NCBI GenBank assembly: GCA_963707215.1
Contig: CAVPPB010000002.1
Coordinates: forward strand, 128,001-192,000
DNA from: an uncultured Chloroflexia bacterium
GTDB lineage: Bacteria; Chloroflexota; Limnocylindria; Limnocylindrales; CSP1-4
DNA length: 64,000 bases
Reading direction: 5' to 3'
Below the pieces are notes generated by a model, which was not told the origin of the DNA, did no database searches, and was given only the letters and a program-made list of their open reading frames with translations. Positions 37,970-46,046 of the stretch are shown here, piece by piece. Within the stretch, counting starts at the first letter, position 1. Every line of letters starts with the position of its first letter. Both the position numbers and the translations under genes were made by a program.

Positions 37970-39243
37970 CAGAGGACCCCCTCGGTCGCGGCCGGGGCGA
38001 AGACCGTGACCTCGATCTCGCTCGGCTGCTGGTGGCCCAGGTGCGGGCGCATGTCGAGGAACCGCTCGGCGAGCGTGTACATGAGCGCGATGAAGGCGCC
38101 ACCACCGACGAGGATGCTGATCTCCACGAGCGTCGGCATGTACTCGGCGAACGGCGACGAGACGACGCCCGAGGCCGTCGTGGTGGGGACGATCTGGCCG
38201 GCGTGGACGAAGAGCGCGCGGTCGGCGATGAGGCCGATGAAGGCGAGGACAGAGGCGGCCATGATGCCGTCGGGCGTCCGCGTCCGCGGCACGACCAGCA
38301 GGACGAGCGGGACGACCAGGCCCAGGCCGACCCGGACGACCCAGAACGGCAGGGCCAGTGGCCCGTCGACCAGCGTCGCCGTCGACTCGGCCAGGTACGG
38401 GGTCGTGCTCTGGAGGTCGGTAACCAGCTTGGCGGCGAGGAGGACGAGCGTGGCCACGACGGCGATGACGAGCAGGAAGCGGGCTGCCGGCAGGGCGATG
38501 GTCGCGGCCCGCTCGAAGTCGGCCAGGCGGTAGCGGTGGACCCCCCAGAAGACGATGCCCAGGAGGGCGGTCCCGGACAGGAAGGCCGACAGGATCATGT
38601 ACGGCGGGGTCAGGGCGCCGTGCCAGAACGGATGGGCCGCCAGCACCGCGAACACCGCGCCCAGGGTCAGCGGCGCGAAGACCGCCGTGACCGAGGAGCA
38701 GACGCAGGAGATCCGGTGGATCGTGTAGTGGTTGGTGAACATGCTGCCGACCTCGACGACGAGGAACAGCAGGTAGGCCCCGTAGAAGACGCCCATCCAC
38801 CACATCGGGGAGAACGGGCTGGGACTCAGGACGGCCCCGAAGACCATCCGCACCGGGAAGTGCAGGTCGAGGGCGATGATCCCGAAGGCGGTGACGAGCG
38901 AGAGCAGGGCAAGGACCGCGTGTCGCTTCTCGAAGGGCAGGAAGCGCTCGATGTTGAAGACCGTCCCCAGGGACGAGGCCAGGCACAGCCCGCTCGTGGT
39001 GACGGCGAAGAAGACGTAGCCGGTGATCAGGATGCCCCACTCGAAGCTCGGGCTCGTCCCGAAGACCTCCCAGCCGGGCGGCAAGGCGATGAGCGCGCCG
39101 GCCGCTCCGAGCAGGCAGAGGGCCGTCAGGAAGGCGAACCAGAGCTTGAGGGCGAACGGCTGGCTGAGGACCTCGCCGCGGACCGCGCCGTAGACGGAGC
39201 GGGGCAGGGTAGCCAGGTCGTGGGTCGTGACATGGACGGCCAT
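37969..39243 (-). CDS. nrfD: NrfD/PsrC family membrane quinol-interacting subunit
   Basis: WGILITGYVFF, DLHFPVR, SPMWWM, LGAVFAVLAAHPFW, YMPTLVE; about 10 TM. Confidence 0.9.
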   Translation of the reverse strand: MAVHVTTHDLATLPRSVYGAVRGEVLSQPFALKLWFAFLTALCLLGAAGALIALPPGWEVFGTSPSFEWGILITGYVFFAVTTSGLCLASSLGTVFNIERFLPFEKRHAVLALLSLVTAFGIIALDLHFPVRMVFGAVLSPSPFSPMWWMGVFYGAYLLFLVVEVGSMFTNHYTIHRISCVCSSVTAVFAPLTLGAVFAVLAAHPFWHGALTPPYMILSAFLSGTALLGIVFWGVHRYRLADFERAATIALPAARFLLVIAVVATLVLLAAKLVTDLQSTTPYLAESTATLVDGPLALPFWVVRVGLGLVVPLVLLVVPRTRTPDGIMAASVLAFIGLIADRALFVHAGQIVPTTTASGVVSSPFAEYMPTLVEISILVGGGAFIALMYTLAERFLDMRPHLGHQQPSEIEVTVFAPAATEGVL

Positions 39244-40082
39244 CAGCTCACCTCGCCCTCGAGACCGAGGTAGTAGACGCGCGGCTCGGTACCCTGCTCG
39301 GGCTTCATCACCCGGATGCGCGGATCCTGGAGCAGCTCGTTCACCGGGGCCGCCGGATCGGCCCGGTCACCGAAGCTCCGGGCGCCGACCGGGCAGACAC
39401 CGACGCAAGCTGGCTGGAGCCCGCGGGTGGTCCGGTGGTAGCAGAACGTGCACTTGTCGGCGACGCCCGGGTAGCCGCCCGGCATCTCGTCGCCCGCCGG
39501 CACGATGTAGCGGGCGCCGTACGGGCAGGCGACGACGCAGTAGCCGCAGCCGATGCAGCGGGCCGGGTCGACGAGGACGACGCCGTCCTCCGTCTTGTAG
39601 GTCGCGCTGACCGGACAGACCGAGACGCACGGCGGGTCGTCGCACTGCATGCAGAGGCGCGGCACGAAGTACGCCTCGTGGGCGCGATCGCCGACCTCGC
39701 CGTCGGTCGCGACCGCCGGCGGGAAGCCCTCGATGCCGCCATCCGGCGAGTCGATGACCACCGCGCCGTCCGCGGCGACCGTGTGGCGCTCGACCCAGGT
39801 CCGGTTGCACTCGGGCTCGAGAGGGACCTCGTTCTCCAACTTGCAGGCCTCGACACAGAGGCCGCAGCCGATGCACTTCGTGGCGTCGCACACGAAGACC
39901 CAGTCGTGGCTGGCCGGGTCGTAGGCCAACGGCTCGGGCAGCGGCTCGGCTGCCTGGGCGGTCGGATCGACCGGCGAGGCGAGCAGGGCCGAGAGCAGGT
40001 GGACACCGCCGAGCGCGGGCAGGGCCATGACGCCGGCCTTGAGGACCGCCCGGCGCGAGCAGGTCGGGAGGGTCGGGTTCAT
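39243..40082 (-). CDS. NrfC/DmsB-like 4Fe-4S electron-transfer subunit with Tat signal
   Basis: SRRAVLK twin-arginine motif; CIGCGLCVEAC, CMQCDDPPCVSVCP, CIGCGYCVVACPY, KCTFC..ACVGVCP. Confidence 0.92.
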   Translation of the reverse strand: MNPTLPTCSRRAVLKAGVMALPALGGVHLLSALLASPVDPTAQAAEPLPEPLAYDPASHDWVFVCDATKCIGCGLCVEACKLENEVPLEPECNRTWVERHTVAADGAVVIDSPDGGIEGFPPAVATDGEVGDRAHEAYFVPRLCMQCDDPPCVSVCPVSATYKTEDGVVLVDPARCIGCGYCVVACPYGARYIVPAGDEMPGGYPGVADKCTFCYHRTTRGLQPACVGVCPVGARSFGDRADPAAPVNELLQDPRIRVMKPEQGTEPRVYYLGLEGEVS

Positions 40083-40786
40083 CGGCCGTCTCCATGGAGT
40101 CCGTCGGCTCCGTCTGCGTGGCAGCCGAGGCAGATCGCGTCGTCGGCCTCCTCGTGCCCGGTCGGCAACTCCTTCAGGCCCTCGGGCTTGTGGCAGACCG
40201 TGCAGGCTGGCAGCTTGACCATCGGGTGGACCACGACGGGCGGCCGCACGACCGCCGTCGAGTGCGCGTCATGGCAGGCTCGGCATTCGCCGGAGCGGAA
40301 GTGCGTCGAGAGGTCCACCTGGGGGAAGCCGATCGGGCGGCCGCTCGTCGCTGCGTGGCACTGGGCACACATGCCAGCCGGGGGGATCTCCAGCGGGAGC
40401 TTCGCGACCGCCGCGTCGGTCGAGTGGGCCGCGAGGGGTCCATGGCAGCTCTCGCAGCTGATCGAGCGATGCTGCGAGGTCGCCTGGCGTCCGTACTCGG
40501 CGGCGTGGCAGGTCTGGCAGATGCCCGCCTGGGCGAAGGCCGGCTCGTGGGCGGCCCACTCTCGGGCGTCGGCTTCCGGGTGGAAGCCGTACTCCTCGTA
40601 GAAGGTCACCGCGGCGAGCGCGGCGGCGAACGAGCCGATCGTCAGCACGGCGACCATCGCCAGCCCGCCGGCGACCGCGAGGGCGTAGCCGCGCGGGGTG
40701 CGGGGGCGGAACCGTTCGAGCCGGGAGGCGGCCGAGCCGCCGAGCTGCCGGATCCGCTCGCTGTGGGGGAGGGTCGGTCGCTTCAC
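40079..40786 (-). CDS. Membrane-anchored hexaheme cytochrome c
   Basis: TM then CQTCH, CESCH, CAQCH, CRACH, CTVCH, CLGCH; GTG start overlaps the upstream regulator stop (GTGA). Confidence 0.9.
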   Translation of the reverse strand: MKRPTLPHSERIRQLGGSAASRLERFRPRTPRGYALAVAGGLAMVAVLTIGSFAAALAAVTFYEEYGFHPEADAREWAAHEPAFAQAGICQTCHAAEYGRQATSQHRSISCESCHGPLAAHSTDAAVAKLPLEIPPAGMCAQCHAATSGRPIGFPQVDLSTHFRSGECRACHDAHSTAVVRPPVVVHPMVKLPACTVCHKPEGLKELPTGHEEADDAICLGCHADGADGLHGDGR

Positions 40787-41502
40787 AGGTCGGCCACCCC
40801 GATGACCCCGCGCCGCAGCGAGTACTTGAGGAGCTCGACCCGGTCGTGGAAGCCGAGCTTTTCCATGCCGCTCGCGCGCAGATGATGGATCGTCCGCTCC
40901 GAGCGCTCCAGCCGGCCTGCGATCTCGCGGTTGGTGTGGCCGACGGCGGCGAGGAGGAGGACCTCCTTCTCGCGCTCGGTCAGGGTGTCGTAGGCGTCCT
41001 CGATCGGGGCGCCCGGGGTCCGCAGGACGTAGGTGTTGACCATCCGGGTCACGATCGCCGGGGACACGTAGGTCTCGCCCCGGGCGACGCAGCGGAGGGC
41101 AGCGACGATGTCGGCGGCCTGGGCCTCGCGGGTCAGGTAGCCGTCGGCCCCGGCCTTGAGGGCGAGGCTGAACTGCTCGCTCCCGCAGCGGCACTCGAGG
41201 GCGATGATCCGGACGGCCGGCTTGAGCGAGCGGATCGTCTCGATCGACTCGAAGCTCGCGCAGCCGGCGGCGGTGATCGGCTGGCACTCGGTGATGACGA
41301 CATCGGTCGCGATCGTCTCGATCGCCGCCCGCAGGCCCTCGCGCTCGACGACCTCGCCGACGACCGCCATCCCGGGCTCGGCGTCGATGACGCTGCGCAG
41401 CCCGGTCGTGAGCATCGGGAAGTCGAAGACCGCCAGGAGCACCCGGAGCCGATCGCCGACGGGCGCGGACCCGTTCGTCGCCTTCTCGTTCATCACGGTC
41501 AC
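40783..41502 (-). CDS. Atypical NarL/LuxR response regulator, Cys-rich pseudo-receiver (copy 1)
   Basis: Same N-terminal ~186 aa as copy 2; distinct HTH end GRLERSERTIHHLRASGMEKLGFHDRVELLKYSLRRG. Confidence 0.9.
   Translation of the reverse strand: MTVMNEKATNGSAPVGDRLRVLLAVFDFPMLTTGLRSVIDAEPGMAVVGEVVEREGLRAAIETIATDVVITECQPITAAGCASFESIETIRSLKPAVRIIALECRCGSEQFSLALKAGADGYLTREAQAADIVAALRCVARGETYVSPAIVTRMVNTYVLRTPGAPIEDAYDTLTEREKEVLLLAAVGHTNREIAGRLERSERTIHHLRASGMEKLGFHDRVELLKYSLRRGVIGVADL
40919..41476. repeat. 558-bp direct repeat, copy B
   Basis: Identical to 36428-36985. Confidence 0.92.
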
Positions 41503-41524
41503 CAGCGGATCCAGGACGCGACGA

Positions 41525-41842
41525 TCAGGCGTGGACGGACGGCCGATGCGCCCAGCCGCGGATCACCACGGCCCAGGCGACCGGGATCGCGACCAGGGCG
41601 ACCAGGCTCGCCACGAAGGCGATGGCAGCGGCCGGCTCACCGAGCGTGAACAGGACCGCGTGGACCGCCACGAACAGGATCGTGAAGGCCGCGCCCGTGG
41701 TCACGGCGGAGAGCACGAACCAGGTCACGACGAGCGTGCTCGTTCGGTGGCTGCGGCTGACCTGCGGCCCGAAGACGAGCACGGCTCCGAGCATCAGCAG
41801 GGCTGACACGATGAGTGCCAGCTGCACCATGGTGGTGTCCAT
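41525..41842 (-). CDS. Small 3-TM hypothetical membrane protein, first gene of the regulator-cytochrome operon
   Basis: Three hydrophobic helices; AGGGG RBS; 22 bp upstream of regulator copy 1. Confidence 0.7.
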   Translation of the reverse strand: MDTTMVQLALIVSALLMLGAVLVFGPQVSRSHRTSTLVVTWFVLSAVTTGAAFTILFVAVHAVLFTLGEPAAAIAFVASLVALVAIPVAWAVVIRGWAHRPSVHA

Positions 41843-41983
41843 CGTCGTCCCCTGTTCCCATTGCGTTCATCCCCGGGCCGGCTGGTCCGGGTCTCGGGTC
41901 GAGGCTAGGCGTCCGGGATGGGCGGATGAACGGCATGGCCGGGCGGGGTGGCTGGCACGGAGAGCCTGAAGTGGTACGACGGT

Positions 41984-42060
41984 CGTCGGAAACGCAGCCA
42001 CACCGCAGGTAGGCGACGACGACGGCCGTCGGAATGGACCCCCACGCGCGTCGGAATGGA
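41984..42060. promoter_or_regulatory. Phased direct repeats upstream of the cytochrome operon
   Basis: cgtcggaatgga at 42027 and 42049 (22-bp period) plus partial cgtcggaa at 41984. Confidence 0.45.
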
Positions 42061-42216
42061 GTAGGCCGTCCGTGCCCTCCGGTACCGCGGGCCGCCCAAT
42101 GGGGCCGCTCGTGTCGAGTCGATGGGTCGGGAGGCCCACGCTTGACGTGGGCCGTTCATGGCGCCGGCGAGGCCGGCCGTGTCCTTCGACTCCTACGATC
42201 GCGGGGGGAGGGGCCG

Positions 42217-42369
42217 ATGGAGCGCTACATCCGCAGCTTCGCTGCGCCGAACGAGGTCATCGCGCTCGAGACGACCGGCTTGGCCGGCGACATCGGGACC
42301 GGGCTCGAGGATCGTGGGGAGCACGAGCTCCGGGGGATAGGGGACCGCCGCCTCTTCGCCATCCGGTAG
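42217..42369 (+). pseudogene. Internally deleted remnant ending in a class III cyclase-like C-terminus
   Basis: GGAGG RBS; 50 aa MERYIRSFAAPNEVIALETTGLAGDIGTGLEDRGEHELRGIGDRRLFAIR; EDRGEHEL.G..RLF resembles cyclase C-termini. Confidence 0.6.
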
Positions 42370-42402
42370 CCCGGCTCGGCGGCTCCTCCGGCCCCGCCAC
42401 GG

Positions 42403-42960
42403 TCAGCCCGTAGGCCCGGCCCGCCGTCGCGCCCGCTCGCGATCCTCGACCACGAGGATCGTCGTCATCTCGACGACGCGGCTCAACGTGCAGTGCACGT
42501 AGCAGAGTCGTTCGGCGCGCTCCACCAGGCCCTGGGCCAGCTCGTCCGACAGCTCGCCGCGGGCGTGGATCTCGCAGGTGATCCGCTGGAAACCCCCGCC
42601 CGACTCGCGCCGGAACTCGCCCCTGGCCGTCGCTCCGGTGAAGTCCATGGCGTAGCGCTCGGCAGCCGCGATCCGGACGAACTGGTTGAGCAGGCAGGCC
42701 GCCGTCCCGGTGAGGAAGTGCGAGAGCGGGCTGGAGCCGATTCCACTGCCACCGCGCTCCACGGGTTCGCCGATCCGCATCAGGCCTGCCGGCTCGTGGG
42801 GGTTCCGGGCCTCGTACGCAAGGCCTCCGACGACCTCGATCTCGATCCGCTCGATACCTCGCATGCCGATCGGGTCGGCGGTCTCCTCGCGCGTTCGAAG
42901 TCCCGCCCGGATCCGCTCGACCTGTGCCTGCGTCAGGGCTCGTTTGGCATGCTCGCTCAT
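42403..42960 (-). CDS. OsmC/Ohr family protein
   Basis: EPVERGGSGIGSSP..F..AAC and AERLCYVHCTL two-Cys pattern. Confidence 0.8.
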   Translation of the reverse strand: MSEHAKRALTQAQVERIRAGLRTREETADPIGMRGIERIEIEVVGGLAYEARNPHEPAGLMRIGEPVERGGSGIGSSPLSHFLTGTAACLLNQFVRIAAAERYAMDFTGATARGEFRRESGGGFQRITCEIHARGELSDELAQGLVERAERLCYVHCTLSRVVEMTTILVVEDRERARRRAGPTG

Positions 42961-43118
42961 CGGCTCGATTCTAGGTGCCCGGCGACACGACGTCCGAGCA
43001 TGCGGCGGGTCCGCCGGATCGGTGACCGATGGCCGGTCCCGGGGCGTCGGAAGCGCCCTTGGCAGGCCGGTGCACTGCCCCGATGGTGATCGGGCCACAC
43101 CGCCGGGTGGAGGGGACC

Positions 43119-44435
43119 ATGGCGCACGCGACGACCCAGGGTGCCTACCGGAGGCTGGCCGACCGCCTGGACCGCTTCCCGCAGGGCGCGCCGGCTTCGG
43201 ACCTCCTCTTCCGGATCCTCGCGCTTCTCTTCAGCGAGCGGGAGGCGGAACTCGTCGCCCGGATCCCGATCCGACCCTTCGACGCTCGTCAGGCCGCACG
43301 GATATGGGGGATCGGCCGAGCCGAGGCGCAGCGGATCCTCGACGGCCTGGCCTCGAGGGCGATCCTCCTCGACATGGAGACGCCACGCGGGACCGTCTAC
43401 ATCCTGCCCCCGCCGATGGCCGGCTTCTTCGAGTTCTCGATGATGCGGGTCCGCGACGACGTCGACCAGCAGCTGCTCAGCGAGCTCTTCTACCAGTACA
43501 TCACCGTCGAGGACGACTTCATCCTGGCCCTCTTCACGAACGGCGAGACGCAGCTGGGCCGGGTCTTCGTCAACGAGCCGGCCCTCGAGGCGAGTCGCTC
43601 GGTGGATGCCGGTGCCTCATCGGCCGACGGCAGCGCGCTCCGCGTCCTCGACTACGAGCGGGCGAGCGAGGTCGTCCGGACGGCCGAGCACATGGGCGTG
43701 GGTCTCTGCTACTGCCGTCGGAAGGTCGAGGCCATCGACCGAGCCTGCCCCGCGCCGATGGCGATCTGCATGACCTTCGGCGGCACCGCCGACTCGCTCA
43801 TCCGCCATGGCTATGCTCGCCGGGTGGACCGGGTGGAGGGGATGGACCTCCTCCAGCAGGCCTATGACAGCCACCTCGTCCAGTTCGGCGAGAACGTCCA
43901 GCAGCAGCCCGCCTTCATCTGCAACTGCTGCGGCTGCTGCTGCGAGGCGATGATCGCGGCCCGTCGCTTCGGGCTCCTGCAGCCGGTCCTGACGACGAAC
44001 TTCGAGCCGCGGGTGGATGCCGAGGCCTGCAACGGCTGTGGCAAGTGCGCCGACGCCTGTCCGGTGGAGGCGATGACGCTCGTCTCGGCCAATGATCCTC
44101 GGCGGCCTCGCAAACGCAGGGCGGTCCTCGACGCGCGGCGCTGCCTGGGCTGCGGCGTCTGCACCCGCGTCTGCCCGACCGACGGCATCCGGCTCGCAGC
44201 CCGCGCCGAGCGTGTCATGACGCCGGTCGACACGCTCCACCGGACCGTCCTCATGGCGATCGAGCGAGGCAAGCTCCAGGACTGCATCTTCGACAACCGG
44301 GCCCTCTGGAGCCATCGGGCGATGGCAGCCGTCCTCGGCGTCATCCTCCGGCTGCCGCCGACGAAGCAGGTCCTCGCGACGGAGCAGTTCCGGTCGCGCT
44401 ACCTGGTCAGGATCCTCGAGCACGTGCAGCCCTGA
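43119..44435 (+). CDS. Cys-rich 4Fe-4S dicluster domain protein
   Basis: CYCR..C....C, ICNCCGCCC, CNGCGKCADACP, CLGCGVCTRVCP; GGAGG RBS. Confidence 0.88.
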   Translation: MAHATTQGAYRRLADRLDRFPQGAPASDLLFRILALLFSEREAELVARIPIRPFDARQAARIWGIGRAEAQRILDGLASRAILLDMETPRGTVYILPPPMAGFFEFSMMRVRDDVDQQLLSELFYQYITVEDDFILALFTNGETQLGRVFVNEPALEASRSVDAGASSADGSALRVLDYERASEVVRTAEHMGVGLCYCRRKVEAIDRACPAPMAICMTFGGTADSLIRHGYARRVDRVEGMDLLQQAYDSHLVQFGENVQQQPAFICNCCGCCCEAMIAARRFGLLQPVLTTNFEPRVDAEACNGCGKCADACPVEAMTLVSANDPRRPRKRRAVLDARRCLGCGVCTRVCPTDGIRLAARAERVMTPVDTLHRTVLMAIERGKLQDCIFDNRALWSHRAMAAVLGVILRLPPTKQVLATEQFRSRYLVRILEHVQP

Positions 44436-44513
44436 CGGGCAGGCACGCGGGTCCTTGACGCCGCTACGACGATTCGATGTGGGGCGGCAGACGCCGCCCG
44501 AGGAGGGTGTTCC

Positions 44514-44894
44514 ATGAACGGATATCTGATCTCGACCACGGACCGACCGGGCCTGGCCGCTCAGCTCCTCGAAGCCGCCGCCGCCCGGGGCGTCAATGTC
44601 TCCCCGGCGTATGGGCTCAGCGATGGGGCGACCGGGATCCTCTGCGTGGGCTCGGACGACGAGGCCGGGCTCCAGGCGGCCATCGCCGATGCCGGCCTGT
44701 CTGCCGTGGCGCTCGAGATGGTCGTCACCGAGCTCGAGAACCGACCCGGGACCGGTGCCGCGCTGTTCCGCAGGCTCGCCGATGCGGGCGTCGACCTGCG
44801 AGTGGCGGTCCCGATCGGCATGAGCGGCGACAAGATGCAGATCGCCCTCGCCGCCAGCGACCCGGCGGCGCTGCGGAGTGCGCTCGGCGGTTGA
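44514..44894 (+). CDS. Tandem ACT-domain protein
   Basis: DRPGLAAQL..AARGVNV and ENRPGTGAALFRRLADAGVDL; GGAGG RBS. Confidence 0.8.
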   Translation: MNGYLISTTDRPGLAAQLLEAAAARGVNVSPAYGLSDGATGILCVGSDDEAGLQAAIADAGLSAVALEMVVTELENRPGTGAALFRRLADAGVDLRVAVPIGMSGDKMQIALAASDPAALRSALGG

Positions 44895-44935
44895 CGCCGC
44901 CCGAAGACGGCGTGTCCCGGGCACGTGCGGCGGGG

Positions 44936-45088
44936 ATGACCCGGTCGGCGATCCCGCGGGCGCTGGCGCTCGTCGGCGGCATCGGTCCGATCGCCTACAT
45001 CGGTCTGGTCACCGTCCTCGGGCTGCTCTGGTCGGGGTACGACCCGATCCACCAGACGCAGAGCGAGCTCATCGGCGACCGACCATAG
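44936..45088 (+). pseudogene. Truncated DUF998-like membrane protein (N-terminal 50 aa only)
   Basis: TM helix followed by GYDPIHQTQSEL (GY.P..Q.ISEL-like), then an immediate stop. Confidence 0.6.
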
Positions 45089-45097
45089 GAGGAACGC

Positions 45098-46021
45098 ATG
45101 CGGATCGGGCTGTACATCCGCCTCTACGGACGACCCGGCGGGGCGACGCCCGCACCGACCTGGGCGGACATCCGTGAACAGGCGCTTGCCGCGGAGGCGG
45201 CCGGCTTCGACATCGTCGTCCTCGAGGACGCCCTCTGGATGCCGGATGACGCCGGAAGCGTCGGCCTCTGGGAGAGCGTATCCGTCGCGGCGGCCCTGGC
45301 GGCCGCGACATCGACGATCGGGATCGGACACGCGGTCATCAACAGCCCGTACCGGAACCCGGCCCTGGTGGCCAAGACCGCCGAGACGCTCGACGAGATC
45401 TCCGGTGGTCGCTACACGCTCGGCATCGGCCTGGGCAACACCCCCGACGACTACGGCCCGTTCGGGTTCGCCGACGACCGCCGCTACTCGCGGTTCGCCG
45501 AGGCCATCCGGATCATCCACGGCCTCCTGCGCGACGGCCGGGTCGACTTCGAGGGCGAGTTCTACCGGGCGCCCGGCGCCGAGCTGGTGCTCCGCGGGCC
45601 CCGCCCGGCCGGTCCGCCGATCGCCATCGCCGGGGCGAAGCCGAAGATGCTGCGCCTCGCGGCCCGGTACGGGGACGAGTGGAACTGGTGGACCGGCGAA
45701 CCGGGCGATCCTGGCACGTTGCGGCCGATCGTGGACGAGCTGGGTCGGGCCTGCCAGGAGGTCGGCCGTGACCCGGCGACCCTGCGGCGTTCGATCGACG
45801 TGTTCTCGGTGGCCGCGCCGCCCGAGGGGGCCGACACGTCCGACCTGGCCGCCGAGGGCGTCCTCGGCGGTCCACCCGGGGCGGTCGCCGAGGGCCTCCT
45901 CGCCTACCGCGACCTGGGCTTCGAGGAGGTCCGCTGCAACCTCGCATTCGCAGCTGGTGCCCGGAAGCCGGAGGCCATCGCCGCCATGACCGACGTCGTC
46001 GGCCTGGTCCAGGCCGGCTAG
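45098..46021 (+). CDS. LLM class flavin-dependent oxidoreductase
   Basis: AEAAGFD, YRNPALVAKTAETLDEISGGRYTLGIG, MLRLAARYGDEWN; AGGAGG RBS. Confidence 0.92.
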   Translation: MRIGLYIRLYGRPGGATPAPTWADIREQALAAEAAGFDIVVLEDALWMPDDAGSVGLWESVSVAAALAAATSTIGIGHAVINSPYRNPALVAKTAETLDEISGGRYTLGIGLGNTPDDYGPFGFADDRRYSRFAEAIRIIHGLLRDGRVDFEGEFYRAPGAELVLRGPRPAGPPIAIAGAKPKMLRLAARYGDEWNWWTGEPGDPGTLRPIVDELGRACQEVGRDPATLRRSIDVFSVAAPPEGADTSDLAAEGVLGGPPGAVAEGLLAYRDLGFEEVRCNLAFAAGARKPEAIAAMTDVVGLVQAG

Positions 46022-46046
46022 CCGATCCCTCGCCTCCGAGCCCTCC

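Noticed and set aside
37220-40786. Calling the locus nitrite reductase (nrfABCD) or alternative complex III
   Set aside because: No CxxCK NrfA catalytic heme and no ActB/ActD/ActE/ActF equivalents.
36428-41476. Direct repeats as IS copies of a composite transposon
   Set aside because: The repeats encode response-regulator sequence; no transposase, terminal inverted repeats or target-site duplication.
41960-42000. Hammerhead-like CTGAAG...GAAAC segment
   Set aside because: The core reads CUGAAGU rather than CUGANGA, and stems I and III cannot be formed convincingly.
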